Origin: Clostridia bacterium
GTDB taxonomy: Bacteria; Bacillota; Clostridia; Oscillospirales; CAG-272
Direction: 5' to 3'
DNA length: 64,000 nucleotides
Assembly: GCA_017453285.1 (NCBI GenBank)
Contig: JAFTKL010000008.1
Span: forward strand, 14,434-78,433
Made by a program: the position numbers and the translations under genes. Below are positions 24,119 through 33,534 of this stretch, piece after piece; position 1 is the first letter of the stretch, and each line of letters begins with the position of its first letter. The notes beneath the pieces were generated by a model. The model saw only the letters and a program-made list of their open reading frames with translations. It had not been told where the DNA came from and did not search any database.

Positions 24119-25060
24119 TTATGCGTTTTTGTAAGCGCCGACCATCATTCGCGTCAGCGCGGTTGCTTCGTCGATGCCGCAACCCTCAGGGGTCTCTCCC
24201 TTAACGAAGAATACTATGGGCTTGGGCAGATCCTCGTCGATCTCAAGCTCGCGTATGCCCTCTCGGTTGCGAAGAACGTACTTTCCGCCGTTCTGGTAAA
24301 TATAACCGTCAACACCGCCCACCTCAAGAGTCGTGGGACATCCGCGAGAAACGAAGCCGGTCTCGTTGATCGCGATAGCACCGTTCGGATAGGTCATCAC
24401 CGTAACCGCATTATCCTCGATACCGTCGGGATTAAGCTGTGCGTCCTTTTCGTCACGGCAGAAATGCTCAAAAGCAGATCTATATCCTGTAGGCTCGCCG
24501 AGTATCCAATGAGTCAGATACATTCCGTGCGCGCCAAGATCTATCATCGCACCTCCGCCGCACTGCTCCTTATTATAGAAATGCGCGGGAAGCCAATGGC
24601 TCGTGCTTCCGTCGTGGCAGTTGCGGAAACGCATATAGTTAGGAGTGCCGATAAGTCCGTCGTCAACAGCCTTCTTTACTGCTCTGTAACTGCCGAGCAT
24701 CTTCCAGAAAAACGAGATAACGAAACGCACACCGTTTCTCTCAACTGCCTCGCGAATGGCGTTGCAATCCTCCTCGGTAAGTGCAAGCACCTTTTCGGTA
24801 AAAATATGCTTGCCCGCGTTTGCCGCCGCTACGAGAACTTCTCTGTGCTTGTTGGTAGCCTCGTTGCAGATAACACCCTCAGCATCGCTCGCAAGAAGCT
24901 CCTCAAGAGTTGAAAATTCGTAAATATTATGCTTGTTGGCAAAATCCGCTCTGCGCTCTGCATCAGAGTCCCATACGCCTACGACCTCACCGTATTCCTT
25001 TGCGATCTTCGTATATTCGTCAGCGTGAACGTGCCACGCACCAAGAATAGCTACTCTCAT
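24119..25060 (-). CDS. Gfo/Idh/MocA-family oxidoreductase
   Basis: It has an N-terminal Rossmann fold (MRVAILGAWHVHA) and the usual C-terminal alpha/beta domain. It overlaps the upstream paralog by 4 nt. Confidence 0.8.
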   Translation of the reverse strand: MRVAILGAWHVHADEYTKIAKEYGEVVGVWDSDAERRADFANKHNIYEFSTLEELLASDAEGVICNEATNKHREVLVAAANAGKHIFTEKVLALTEEDCNAIREAVERNGVRFVISFFWKMLGSYRAVKKAVDDGLIGTPNYMRFRNCHDGSTSHWLPAHFYNKEQCGGGAMIDLGAHGMYLTHWILGEPTGYRSAFEHFCRDEKDAQLNPDGIEDNAVTVMTYPNGAIAINETGFVSRGCPTTLEVGGVDGYIYQNGGKYVLRNREGIRELEIDEDLPKPIVFFVKGETPEGCGIDEATALTRMMVGAYKNA

Positions 25061-26142
25061 TTGAAATATACCGCCTCTCCGGTCTGTGAGGACTTGTATA
25101 TAGCCTCAAGGATCTGAGATACTACGCAAGCCTGCTCGGGAAGAACAACGGGATCGGTATCGTTGATAACTGCGTCAATCCAACGTCTTGCCTCGGTCTC
25201 TGCAGGAGAAGAAGAGCTTCCGCTATAGAATGCAACTCCGCCTGCACCGAGATTTACGTTAGTGCTTACCGCTCTGTCAAGATCGATCTTGTTGATGTTA
25301 AGGCTGTTCTGCTCTACCATAAGACCTGCGCGGCTTCCGCAAAGGCGACAGCTTCCCTCCTGGATCTCACGGTCGGTGTTGAGCGCCCAGCTCGTCTCGA
25401 GCATAATCGTCGCGCCATTCTTCATAACGACGAGCGCGCAAGCCGCTTCTTCGAGAGGAGTGGTGCTGACGCCGTTATCGCCCCAGATGTTACCCGCTTC
25501 GGGATGCTCGAGCGACTTGTGGGTCTTGCCGAGGACCATAGCGGGTTCATAGTTGTTCATAAGATAGAGCGTGAGGTCAAGGGAGTGGGTAGCGATATCG
25601 ATGATAGGACCGCCGCCCTGCTCGTAGTCGTTGAGGAACACGCCCCAGTTGGGAGTACCTCTACGGCGGATAGCGTAACAGTTTGCATAATAAACTTCAC
25701 CGAGATCTCCACGGTCGATGTATTGCTTTGCGTACTGACTTGCCGCCTTATGTCTGTGCTGGTAGCCGATGGTGAGTTTTTTACCCGTCTCCTTTGCGGC
25801 TTCAACCATTCTTTTGGCGTCCTCGGCCGTTTTTGCCATAGGCTTCTCGCACATAACGTGCTTGCCTGCGTGGAGCGCGTCGATGGTGATATCGGCGTGG
25901 GAGCGGTTGGGGGTAAGCACGTGGATGACCTCGATGCTCTCATCCTTAAGCATCTCCTTGTAGTCGGTGTAGACCTTTGCGTCGGGCTCACCGTACTCAC
26001 GTGCCGCTTTGATCGCCTTCTCTTCTACGATGTCACAAAATGCGACCATCTTTGCCTCGGGGATCTTCTTGAGCGAAGGCATATGCTTTCCGTTCGCAAT
26101 ACCGCCGCATCCGATGATACCAATTCTTACTTCTCTGCTCAT
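25057..26142 (-). CDS. Gfo/Idh/MocA-family oxidoreductase
   Basis: The start was moved to MSREVRIGIIGCGGIANGKH (RBS AAAGGA). It shows the EKPMA motif (CEKPMAKT). Confidence 0.85.
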   Translation of the reverse strand: MSREVRIGIIGCGGIANGKHMPSLKKIPEAKMVAFCDIVEEKAIKAAREYGEPDAKVYTDYKEMLKDESIEVIHVLTPNRSHADITIDALHAGKHVMCEKPMAKTAEDAKRMVEAAKETGKKLTIGYQHRHKAASQYAKQYIDRGDLGEVYYANCYAIRRRGTPNWGVFLNDYEQGGGPIIDIATHSLDLTLYLMNNYEPAMVLGKTHKSLEHPEAGNIWGDNGVSTTPLEEAACALVVMKNGATIMLETSWALNTDREIQEGSCRLCGSRAGLMVEQNSLNINKIDLDRAVSTNVNLGAGGVAFYSGSSSSPAETEARRWIDAVINDTDPVVLPEQACVVSQILEAIYKSSQTGEAVYFK

Positions 26143-26301
26143 AACTAAAAATCCTTTCTTCATTAAATTATTGCTTTTATGATTTGAATTTACAAAAAAT
26201 TAATTTATTTACTTTGTATTTATTATAGCATTTTCTTGAGCGATATGCTATAATAAATATACTGAAAAGTATCAGAAATCTCATCCGGAGGAGCTTTTAA
26301 A

Positions 26302-27192
26302 ATGTCAGAATACTACATTGAAAGTGCAAATCACGAATTAGGAAAATACGGTATAGAATTTTTCTCGGTGCATCCCGAAAGCATCGGCACGGTTACCGCT
26401 CCTCATATACACTCCTCTCTCGAATTTATATACGTAAAGCGCGGAACATTTGAGGTCACGGTCGACAACAGATGCAGGATGACCGTGCAGCCTGAAAGTA
26501 TGCTTGTATTCCGTGCGAACACCATACACACCATCGTTCATATGAACGGATGCGACTCTCTCTACTACGTTCTTAAGGTCGCTCCATCTCTGCTCTTTCA
26601 GAACTTTGGCGGCGACTTGCAGAGCAAATATCTGTTTCCCTTCTTGCAAAAAAGAGCAGATGACGTAGTATGTCTCAGTGAGGCTGAGGTACCCTTAGGT
26701 GTAAAGAGCGTATGGAATGATATGATAGTTGAGGAACGGCAGAATGAGCTATTTTACGTGGCAGAGCGCATCAATGCCTCGCGTCTTTTGCTCGCGCTCG
26801 TACGCTCTGTACTTTGTCCGCAAAGCAGTAGCTGTTTGCAGGATATCAGCGAGCGCACGATCACTCAGATCTACGACACGGTAAACTATATAAACGATAA
26901 TTTTGCATACGACATAACGCCCGTAGAATGTGCCGAGCGCATACATATCAGCTACGGCTACTTTGCGAAGCTCTTCCGCAACGTGATGGGCAAGACCTTC
27001 AAGGAATATCTGCTTGATGTCCGCATGTCGCATGCACATACTATGCTACTTGCAAGCGACATATCTGTCACCGAGATCGCACTTGCGTGCGGATATTCAA
27101 ATCTTTCCTATTTCGTTGCCGAGTACCGCAGAGTTTTTGGACAAACCCCAAAAACGACACGAAAGGAGTCAAAAAGACTCCTTTCGACGTGA
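26302..27192 (+). CDS. AraC-family transcriptional regulator (cupin sensor plus HTH)
   Basis: The C-terminus shows ..ISYGYFAKLFRNVMGKTFKEYLLDVRMSHAHTMLL..ITEIALACGYSNLSYFVAEYRRVFGQTP. Confidence 0.88.
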   Translation: MSEYYIESANHELGKYGIEFFSVHPESIGTVTAPHIHSSLEFIYVKRGTFEVTVDNRCRMTVQPESMLVFRANTIHTIVHMNGCDSLYYVLKVAPSLLFQNFGGDLQSKYLFPFLQKRADDVVCLSEAEVPLGVKSVWNDMIVEERQNELFYVAERINASRLLLALVRSVLCPQSSSCLQDISERTITQIYDTVNYINDNFAYDITPVECAERIHISYGYFAKLFRNVMGKTFKEYLLDVRMSHAHTMLLASDISVTEIALACGYSNLSYFVAEYRRVFGQTPKTTRKESKRLLST

Positions 27193-27201
27193 TATTTATT
27201 T

Positions 27202-27735
27202 TCATCTCTCTCCGCCGAGAAGCTCGACGAGCTTTGCGTCGCTCGCAATTCTTATAAGCAGCGGCTCGCCGCATTCCTCGAGCAGCAGGATGCAGACAGG
27301 AGAGGTCTTCATATCCGCGCAATAGTCGTACGCCTTGCGCGATTCGTGGCGAGCGGTCGAGATCATCTCCTTTTCGCGCAGCTTATGCTCGGGATCGTTC
27401 ATATCGAACACGTGCAGCTCGGAGATATTCGCTATCGCAACACGGCAGACCGTGGTGACCTTTCTGCCGCCGTTTGCAAGCTCGGTGACGGTAAAGTCAA
27501 GCTGCCCGTCATCCTCGATCACGGCATACACGAAGCTCTTTGCGACGTATCTCGCAAGCAGGTAGATCACGGCGACGATCGCCACCGTGCCGAGAAGCTG
27601 AAATGCCCAATGAAACGGAACGCTCGGCAAAAGCAGGGGTGTGAAGAAGAGTGCCGCCGCGAGCGAGATAAGTATTATCATAGCCCCGAAGATCCTCGTC
27701 ATATTCTTTTCGGGTCTGTATTCGTATATATTCAT
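27202..27735 (-). CDS. Hypothetical two-TM membrane protein
   Basis: The start was moved to MNIYEYRPEKNM.. (RBS GGAGG). Two hydrophobic helices are present, and no family is recognised. Confidence 0.6.
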   Translation of the reverse strand: MNIYEYRPEKNMTRIFGAMIILISLAAALFFTPLLLPSVPFHWAFQLLGTVAIVAVIYLLARYVAKSFVYAVIEDDGQLDFTVTELANGGRKVTTVCRVAIANISELHVFDMNDPEHKLREKEMISTARHESRKAYDYCADMKTSPVCILLLEECGEPLLIRIASDAKLVELLGGER

Positions 27736-27838
27736 GTTGCCTCCGCAAAATTGTTTACATATATCTCTTGAATTCCCGGGGAACAAGTGATATAATATAA
27801 TAAAGTTCTTACATTTATTATACACGAAAGGAACCGAT

Positions 27839-28576
27839 ATGTCAAGAGTTTGGGTCGTATTAAAAAGACTTGGAAAGGTCATAAAATTCTTATTCGTCTG
27901 CCTTGTGCTGACCGTCTGCGTATTTATGGGCTGGCGCATTTTCTCTACGGGTATTCCGTCGGATATAAAGCCGCTTCTGCCAAACGACGAGCTTCGCGAG
28001 GCTTACGCCGAGAAGGGCGACGAGCTCTATATATTTGAGCAGAAATACGACGACATCACGCGCGCCGAGCGCAATTCGGGCTACTTTGCAGTTCCCGAGG
28101 CGGTCTTTATCCCCGAGATAGATCAGGCACAGATAGTTTTCAGATACAACAACAGTACCATCCGCCGCGTTGCCGAGGATCTCTCGCTTGATCCCGTACC
28201 TGACCGCGAGCAGAAGCTCTTTGACGTCAGCCTCGTGTTCTACGTCGATCTGACGCCCGAGGACGACACCGACAACGACGATCTCTCGTCTGCAGGACTC
28301 AAGAAGATCCGCGTCAAGCCCTCGTCGGAGAAATGCGAGCGCACGACGCTCTACAACTTCTACCGTTACTCGTTCGACTTTGATGACGCCGAGGAGCCGA
28401 TAGATATGTCCGCACTTATGGAAGAGGGACTTCTGATCGCCGTACACGCGGAATTCTATTTTGGTGACGAGCCTGACTACGAAAAGACTCCCTACGGTGC
28501 GCTCAGCCTTTACTACCATCAGCGCACGGACTACGACGTAAAGCTTTCGTCGAAGGACAAAAAGGCACTCGAATAA
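27839..28576 (+). CDS. Hypothetical N-terminally anchored protein
   Basis: The 245-aa protein has a single N-terminal TM segment (FLFVCLVLTVCVFMGW). No family is recognised. Confidence 0.6.
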   Translation: MSRVWVVLKRLGKVIKFLFVCLVLTVCVFMGWRIFSTGIPSDIKPLLPNDELREAYAEKGDELYIFEQKYDDITRAERNSGYFAVPEAVFIPEIDQAQIVFRYNNSTIRRVAEDLSLDPVPDREQKLFDVSLVFYVDLTPEDDTDNDDLSSAGLKKIRVKPSSEKCERTTLYNFYRYSFDFDDAEEPIDMSALMEEGLLIAVHAEFYFGDEPDYEKTPYGALSLYYHQRTDYDVKLSSKDKKALE

Positions 28577-28594
28577 TTCAACTGCGGGGAAAAT

Positions 28595-28924
28595 ATGGAA
28601 CAAAAGAGATTTACGAAAAACGACTCGGGATTTATATGCGCCAACTGCGGCAAGGAAGTTCTTCCTATGGGGACGAGCTCGCGCAATCACTGCCCCTTCT
28701 GCCTCTGCTCGCTCCACGTTGACATAAATCCCGGTGACCGCGCAAACGAATGCGGCGGACTTCTGCGCCCGATACGCACCGAGCCCGACGCAAGACGCGG
28801 ATTTATAATCATCCACAAGTGCGAGAGGTGCGGAGAGATCCGCCGCAATCGCGCCGCACTTGACGCGAAGGTCCAACCCGACAACCGCTCTCTGCTCATC
28901 AAGCTGACGGCGGGACAATTCTGA
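28595..28924 (+). CDS. RNHCP domain protein
   Basis: It contains the literal RNHCPFC motif plus additional Cys pairs (CANCG, CERCG). Confidence 0.75.
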   Translation: MEQKRFTKNDSGFICANCGKEVLPMGTSSRNHCPFCLCSLHVDINPGDRANECGGLLRPIRTEPDARRGFIIIHKCERCGEIRRNRAALDAKVQPDNRSLLIKLTAGQF

Positions 28925-28931
28925 GGTATAT

Positions 28932-29255
28932 ATGATCAAGAAATATTCGCAGGACGAGCTCGACCTTGACGCGATCGCATCGAGCGTGAAGTTGGAGCTT
29001 CGTGAGAGCCAGAAGCAGAGCTTTGCCAAAGATATCTGCGATATGCTCAATTATTGTTATGAAAATCTTTTTTGCGAGAGTGCCGACGGCACTCTCGAGC
29101 TTTCTTTGCGCGCATCAAAGACTCTTGGCGAGCTCCGCGACGACGAGGCTGTCGAGTGCGGATGCATCGCGCAGATGCTCGACAATTCACCTCTCGTGCA
29201 AAACGGTATGATCGCAGTACCAAAGGCGATCGGATCGGAGGGCGGCGATGAGTGA
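28932..29255 (+). CDS. gatC: Asp/Glu-tRNA amidotransferase subunit C
   Basis: It sits directly upstream of gatA and overlaps it. The C-terminus LRDDEAVE..DNSPLVQNGMIAVPKAI fits GatC. Confidence 0.75.
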   Translation: MIKKYSQDELDLDAIASSVKLELRESQKQSFAKDICDMLNYCYENLFCESADGTLELSLRASKTLGELRDDEAVECGCIAQMLDNSPLVQNGMIAVPKAIGSEGGDE

Positions 29256-30687
29256 TATCTTAAAGAGAAGCATCTCGGAGCACGCGACCGCGCTTGCGAA
29301 AAAGGAATACAGCTCGGTCGATCTGACGGGCGTGTTTTTAGAGAGAATAGAGCGCGAGAACAGCGAGATAAACGCGTACATCACGGTCGCGCGCGAGTCG
29401 GCGCTTGCCTCTGCTCGCGAGTCTGACGAACGTCGCGCATGCGGTGAGGCGCGCGGAGCTTTAGACGGAATTCCGTACGCGGCAAAGGACAATATCGCAG
29501 TGCGCGGACTTCGTCTCAGCTGCGCATCGAGAATGCTTGAAAATTATGTCTCTCCCTACGACGCGAGCGTGATCTCGTCGCTCAGAGATGCGGGCGCGGT
29601 ACTGCTCGGCAAGACCAACCTCGACGAGTTCGCGATGGGAACGGGCACCGAGAGCTCGCACTTCGGCAGAGCAAAAAATCCGCTTGACACCGACAGAGTT
29701 TCGGGCGGCAGCAGCGGTGGAAGTGCCGCGGCGGTGGCGGCTGATCTTTGCAGCTTCGCGCTCGGCTCGGACACGGGCGGCTCGGTCCGGCAGCCCGCGG
29801 CATTCTGCGGAATAATCGGTCTGCGCCCTACGTATTCGGCGCTCTCTCGAATGGGCCTTGTCGGCTTTGCGCCCTCGCTCGACACTATAGGAATTATAAG
29901 CCGTACTGTCGGCGACTGCGCGACCGTGTTTCGCGCTACCGCAAAGCGTGATCCACTTGACTCGACCTCGGCGCACTTCCCCACAGAGAGCCTTAACGGC
30001 GCGCTCCCTGCCGATATTCGCGGCAAGAGGATCGCGCTCATACGCGAGGTGATGGAGCTTGATATCTCCGAGGGTCAGCGCATCGCACACTCGCGCGCGG
30101 CAGATGCACTTCGCGAGCTTGGAGCAGAGGTGATCGAGGTCTCTGTACCCAGCCTTCGCGCGTCCTACGCGACATACTACGCGATATCCTCTGCCGAGGC
30201 ATCCTCAAATCTCGCGCGCTTTGACGGCGTGCGCTACGGTATGCGCGCAGATGACACAGAGTCGCTTGAAGAGATGTACGTCAAGAGCCGCTCGCTCGGC
30301 TTTGGCGACGAGGTGAAGCGCCGTATGATGTTCGGCGCGCTCATACTCAGCGGCGACTACAAAAAGGATATATACGAAAATGCTCTCAGAACGAGAGCGA
30401 GAATAAATGCTGAGCTTGCCGAGGCTTTCTCGGTGGCAGATCTTCTGATGCTCCCGACCTCGTCAGGATACGCATACAGAGCGGGGGAATTCAAGGACGG
30501 ACTCTTTGACGCACACGCTAAGGACGACCTTCTCTGCACGCTCTCCTCTCTTTCGGGACTTCCCTCGATCTCGCTCCCCTGCTCGACCGTCCGCAAGCTT
30601 CCGCTCGGAATTCAGCTTATCGGCAGAGCTTTTGAGGAAAAGACTCTCTTTGACGTAGCGGCGCACCTACAGTGCGCGCTCAACTGA
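29248..30687 (+). CDS. gatA: Asp/Glu-tRNA amidotransferase subunit A
   Basis: It shows the amidase signature GGSSGGSAAAVAA and GSDTGGSVRQPA. Length is 479 aa. Confidence 0.92.
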   Translation: MSDILKRSISEHATALAKKEYSSVDLTGVFLERIERENSEINAYITVARESALASARESDERRACGEARGALDGIPYAAKDNIAVRGLRLSCASRMLENYVSPYDASVISSLRDAGAVLLGKTNLDEFAMGTGTESSHFGRAKNPLDTDRVSGGSSGGSAAAVAADLCSFALGSDTGGSVRQPAAFCGIIGLRPTYSALSRMGLVGFAPSLDTIGIISRTVGDCATVFRATAKRDPLDSTSAHFPTESLNGALPADIRGKRIALIREVMELDISEGQRIAHSRAADALRELGAEVIEVSVPSLRASYATYYAISSAEASSNLARFDGVRYGMRADDTESLEEMYVKSRSLGFGDEVKRRMMFGALILSGDYKKDIYENALRTRARINAELAEAFSVADLLMLPTSSGYAYRAGEFKDGLFDAHAKDDLLCTLSSLSGLPSISLPCSTVRKLPLGIQLIGRAFEEKTLFDVAAHLQCALN

Positions 30688-30698
30688 CGGAGGAAGAG

Positions 30699-32120
30699 AT
30701 GAAAAATTACGAAATGACCGTGGGGCTCGAGGTACACGCAGAGCTTTCCACCAAAACAAAAATATTCTGCTCCTGCCCAACAGAGTTCGGCGCGCCCCCG
30801 AACAGCCAGATCTGCCCGATCTGTATGGGACTTCCGGGCACGCTCCCCGTACTCAATCGCAGAGCAGTCGAGTTTGCGATAAAGGCAGGGCTTGCGACCA
30901 ACTGCAAGATCGCGCACCGCGCGGGTATCGACCGCAAGAACTACTTCTACCCCGATCTGCCCAAAGGCTATCAGATCTCGCAGTACGCACGACCGATATG
31001 CTACGACGGATATATAGAATTCGATGGCGAGAGCGGCAGAGAGCGCGTCGAGCTTGAGCGCATCCATATCGAAGAGGACGCGGGCAAGCTTATCCACGAC
31101 GGCACCGAGCGCACGCTCGTCGACTTCAACAGATGCGGCAGACCGCTGATCGAGATCGTCTCACGGCCGCAGATATACTCATCCGAGAGCGCACGCGCCT
31201 ATCTCAAAAAGCTCCGCACGCTACTGCTTGCCGTCGGAGTTTCGGATTGCAAGATGAACGAGGGATCGCTCAGATGCGACGTAAATATCTCGGTTCGACG
31301 CGCAGGCGAGGAAAAGCTCGGCGAGCGCACAGAGATCAAAAACCTCAATTCCTTTGCGTTCGTGGCAAAGGCGATCGAGAATGAATTTTCGCGGCAGTGC
31401 GAAATGCTCGAGCGCGGCGAGAGGATAGTAAGACAAACGCTGAGATTTAACGCATCAAGCGGCAAGTGCGAGGTGATGCGTTCAAAGGAGAGCGCGACCG
31501 ATTACCGCTACTTTCCCGAACCGGACCTTGCGGATATTCTGATAGACGACGCGGATATCGAGCGCATCAGAGACGGGATACCGATGCTCCCCGACCAGAG
31601 ACGCGAGAGATATATCAAGGATCTTGCGCTTGCCGACGCAGACGCAGCGATACTTTCGTCCGATCTCGCGCTATCCGACTACTTTGACAGAGCGGCGAGC
31701 GTGACCGAGCATAAAAGAACAGTCGCGAATATGCTGATAAGCGAGGGGCTGCGACTCTCGGGAGGCGAGGACTTTTTCTGCCAGATCGCGCCCGAGAAAT
31801 TCGGGATGCTGTGCGATATGTTCGGTGAGGATAGGATAAACAGCTCGTCGGCTAAGAAGCTGCTCGCGCGTATGTGGAGCGATCCCGAGCTTGACCCTGA
31901 GGCGACGGCTGAGAGCGAGTCACTCTGGCAGATAAACGACCGCGATAGACTTCTCGGCTTGGCGTTGAGTGCGATAGAACAAAATCCGAAGGCAGTCGAG
32001 GATTACAGACGCGGCAAGAGCTTCGCACTCAAATCTATTATTGGAAAAGCTATGGGAGCGAGCGGCGGCAGAGCTAACCCGAAGATTTTAGAGGAGATCA
32101 TCCTTGAAAAAATAAAATAA
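30699..32120 (+). CDS. gatB: Asp/Glu-tRNA amidotransferase subunit B
   Basis: The start was moved to MKNYEMTVGLEVHAELSTKTKIFC (RBS GGAGG). It shows the motif ..CPICMGLPGTLPVLN. Confidence 0.92.
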   Translation: MKNYEMTVGLEVHAELSTKTKIFCSCPTEFGAPPNSQICPICMGLPGTLPVLNRRAVEFAIKAGLATNCKIAHRAGIDRKNYFYPDLPKGYQISQYARPICYDGYIEFDGESGRERVELERIHIEEDAGKLIHDGTERTLVDFNRCGRPLIEIVSRPQIYSSESARAYLKKLRTLLLAVGVSDCKMNEGSLRCDVNISVRRAGEEKLGERTEIKNLNSFAFVAKAIENEFSRQCEMLERGERIVRQTLRFNASSGKCEVMRSKESATDYRYFPEPDLADILIDDADIERIRDGIPMLPDQRRERYIKDLALADADAAILSSDLALSDYFDRAASVTEHKRTVANMLISEGLRLSGGEDFFCQIAPEKFGMLCDMFGEDRINSSSAKKLLARMWSDPELDPEATAESESLWQINDRDRLLGLALSAIEQNPKAVEDYRRGKSFALKSIIGKAMGASGGRANPKILEEIILEKIK

Positions 32121-32152
32121 TTTAATTTTTCTAAATTTTTTTGAAAAAAGAC

Positions 32153-32181
32153 TTGATTTTTATATTTTCTTGTGGTATAAT
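32153..32181 (+). promoter_or_regulatory. Sigma-A promoter of tRNA-Ser
   Basis: TTGATT (32153-32158), 17-nt spacer, TATAAT (32176-32181). It lies 14 nt before the tRNA 5' end. Confidence 0.65.
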
Positions 32182-32195
32182 AGTCAAGTCGATGT

Positions 32196-32287
32196 GGAGA
32201 GATGGCTGAGCTGGTCTAAGGCGCACGACTGGAAATCGTGTGAACGCTAATACCGTTCCGTGAGTTCGAATCTCACTCTCTCCGCCA
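32196..32287 (+). tRNA. tRNA-Ser (anticodon GGA), with encoded CCA
   Basis: The acceptor stem pairs GGAGAGA with TCTCTCC. The anticodon stem pairs CACGA with TCGTG, and the loop CTGGAAA gives anticodon GGA. It has a long variable arm, a GTTCGAATC T-loop, discriminator G and CCA. Confidence 0.92.
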
Positions 32288-32292
32288 CAAAA

Positions 32293-32327
32293 AATAAGAG
32301 GACTGCGTTGCAGTCCTCTTATTTTTT
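32293..32327 (+). terminator. Intrinsic terminator after tRNA-Ser
   Basis: A perfect 14-bp stem pairs aataagaggactgc with gcagtcctcttatt around a 3-nt loop, followed by a T-run. Confidence 0.8.
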
Positions 32328-32345
32328 GTGCCAGAGAGTACTAAT

Positions 32346-32380
32346 GCGAACTCACACTTGCGAAGCAAGTGTGAGTTCGC
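32346..32380. repeat. Perfect 16-bp-stem hairpin
   Basis: The sequence is gcgaactcacacttgc-gaa-gcaagtgtgagttcgc. A degenerate second copy of its right half lies at 32494-32524. Confidence 0.85.
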
Positions 32381-32415
32381 ATTTGAGCCTTAAGCCGACG
32401 GGAGCTCGCTCACGG
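32351..32415 (+). repeat. Direct repeat unit 1 (~65 bp)
   Basis: The unit ctcacacttgcgaagcaaNNgtgagttcgcatttgagcc..aagccg..gagctcgctca recurs 143 bp downstream. Confidence 0.75.
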
Positions 32416-32493
32416 TCGGCAAGGCGAAAAATCTTCGATCTGCGAGGAACGAGCAGAGCGAATACCTCACTCTCTAATATATTCGATCCAAAC

Positions 32494-32560
32494 CTCACAC
32501 TTGCGAAGCAAAAAGTGAGTTCGCATTTGAGCCGAAAGCCGTCTGTGAGCTCGCTCAGGA
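32494..32560 (+). repeat. Direct repeat unit 2 (~65 bp)
   Basis: See unit 1. This copy is diverged. Confidence 0.75.
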
Positions 32561-32596
32561 TGACAGTTTTAAGAAGGAAGGCGGTACCGATATCGC

Positions 32597-32620
32597 GGGC
32601 GCTTCGTGAAGCGCCCCTAC
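32597..32620 (-). repeat. GTAGGG-hairpin (REP-like), stem class GGGCGCTT
   Basis: The plus strand reads gggcgcttcgtgaagcgcccctac. The minus strand reads GTAG-GGGCGCTT-cacg-AAGCGCCC. Confidence 0.75.
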
Positions 32621-32679
32621 GAACTTGATAAAATCTCTTTGTGCCGTAGAGGGACAAAACAACGATTTCTATCTTGTGT

Positions 32680-32700
32680 GTAGGGACCGTGCGTCCCTAC
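32680..32700. repeat. GTAGGGAC palindromic hairpin (REP-like)
   Basis: The sequence is gtagggac-cgtgc-gtccctac. Its flank aggtttgatata matches the flank aggttcgatata at 18324-18335. Confidence 0.75.
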
Positions 32701-32760
32701 AGGTTTGATATAATTTTCTTGTATCGGAGACAGACGGATGTACGGCGGTGACCGATATTT

Positions 32761-32787
32761 CGGGCGAACTGTGTTCGCCCGTTGTAC
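32761..32787 (-). repeat. REP-like hairpin, stem class GGGCGAAC
   Basis: The minus strand reads gtacaacGGGCGAACacaGTTCGCCCg. It is the same element as 45937-45961 (GGGCGACCacaGGTCGCCC), with a compensatory A:T versus C:G stem pair. Confidence 0.7.
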
Positions 32788-32815
32788 GATATAAAGTCAC
32801 TTTCACGCAAAAAGC

Positions 32816-32848
32816 AAAAAGAACCTCCGAAATTCAGAGGTTCTTTTT
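32816..32848. terminator. Bidirectional intrinsic terminator that serves lemA
   Basis: The sequence is aaaaagaacctc-(9 nt)-gaggttcttttt. It lies 13 nt past the lemA stop on the minus strand. Confidence 0.75.
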
Positions 32849-32860
32849 AATTACTCTCGA

Positions 32861-33520
32861 TCAAAAGAAAACGTCGTTTGCCTTTTCCTTGATCTCCTTG
32901 GATGCGATGAACGGAAGTCTTGTGGTGTAGCCGTTTCTCGCCGCAACGATCTGCTTGGTCGGCCAGGAGAAGATCGCTCTGTTCCACGCGTTTACGGTGT
33001 CGTTGTAAAGCTCGCGCGCCGCGGTGATCTCTCTCTGCAGATACATATTCTGCTTCATCGCGTCCGCGATCTCGTTGTGCGCCTTGAGATCGGGGTAGTT
33101 CTCTACCGCGATATTGATGCTTCTCGAAAGATCGTCGATCTGTCCCGAAACTGCGTTTCTCGCCTCGTCGCCGGCGCCGCTTCTGTAGCGTGCGATGCTC
33201 TCAAAGGTGCTCTTGTCAAGGTCGATCGCCTTATCAAGCAAGCGCGCGCAGTTCTGAAGAACTACCACTCTCTGCTCAAGATAATTGTCGATCTGCGATG
33301 CGTTGTGCTGAAGCTTCTGCTCAAGCTGCTGAAGATAATTCTTTGCCTTTACCTTCATAATAAGGAATATAACGCCGGGAATGATGCCGCATACCCACAG
33401 AAGTATCTCGAATATCGTCGAGCCTACTCCCACGGTCGCGGGAATTCTCTTTGCTATAACGTTGGTCTCAAGACCCTCTTCTCTGATGTCGCCGCTAAGC
33501 TCGTCAAGCTGATTTGCCAT
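32861..33520 (-). CDS. lemA: LemA-family membrane protein
   Basis: It has an N-terminal TM helix, then NYPDLKAHNEIADAMKQNMYLQREITAARELYNDTVNAWNRAI..WPTKQIVAARNGY, which fits the LemA signature. Confidence 0.85.
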   Translation of the reverse strand: MANQLDELSGDIREEGLETNVIAKRIPATVGVGSTIFEILLWVCGIIPGVIFLIMKVKAKNYLQQLEQKLQHNASQIDNYLEQRVVVLQNCARLLDKAIDLDKSTFESIARYRSGAGDEARNAVSGQIDDLSRSINIAVENYPDLKAHNEIADAMKQNMYLQREITAARELYNDTVNAWNRAIFSWPTKQIVAARNGYTTRLPFIASKEIKEKANDVFF

Positions 33521-33534
33521 AATTCTTTCTCCTT

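Noticed and set aside
32260-32657. Two mirrored ORFs of about 100-120 aa downstream of tRNA-Ser.
   Set aside because: They run through palindromes and direct repeats, which is why they mirror each other. Neither has an RBS. I treat this as repeat DNA, not coding sequence.
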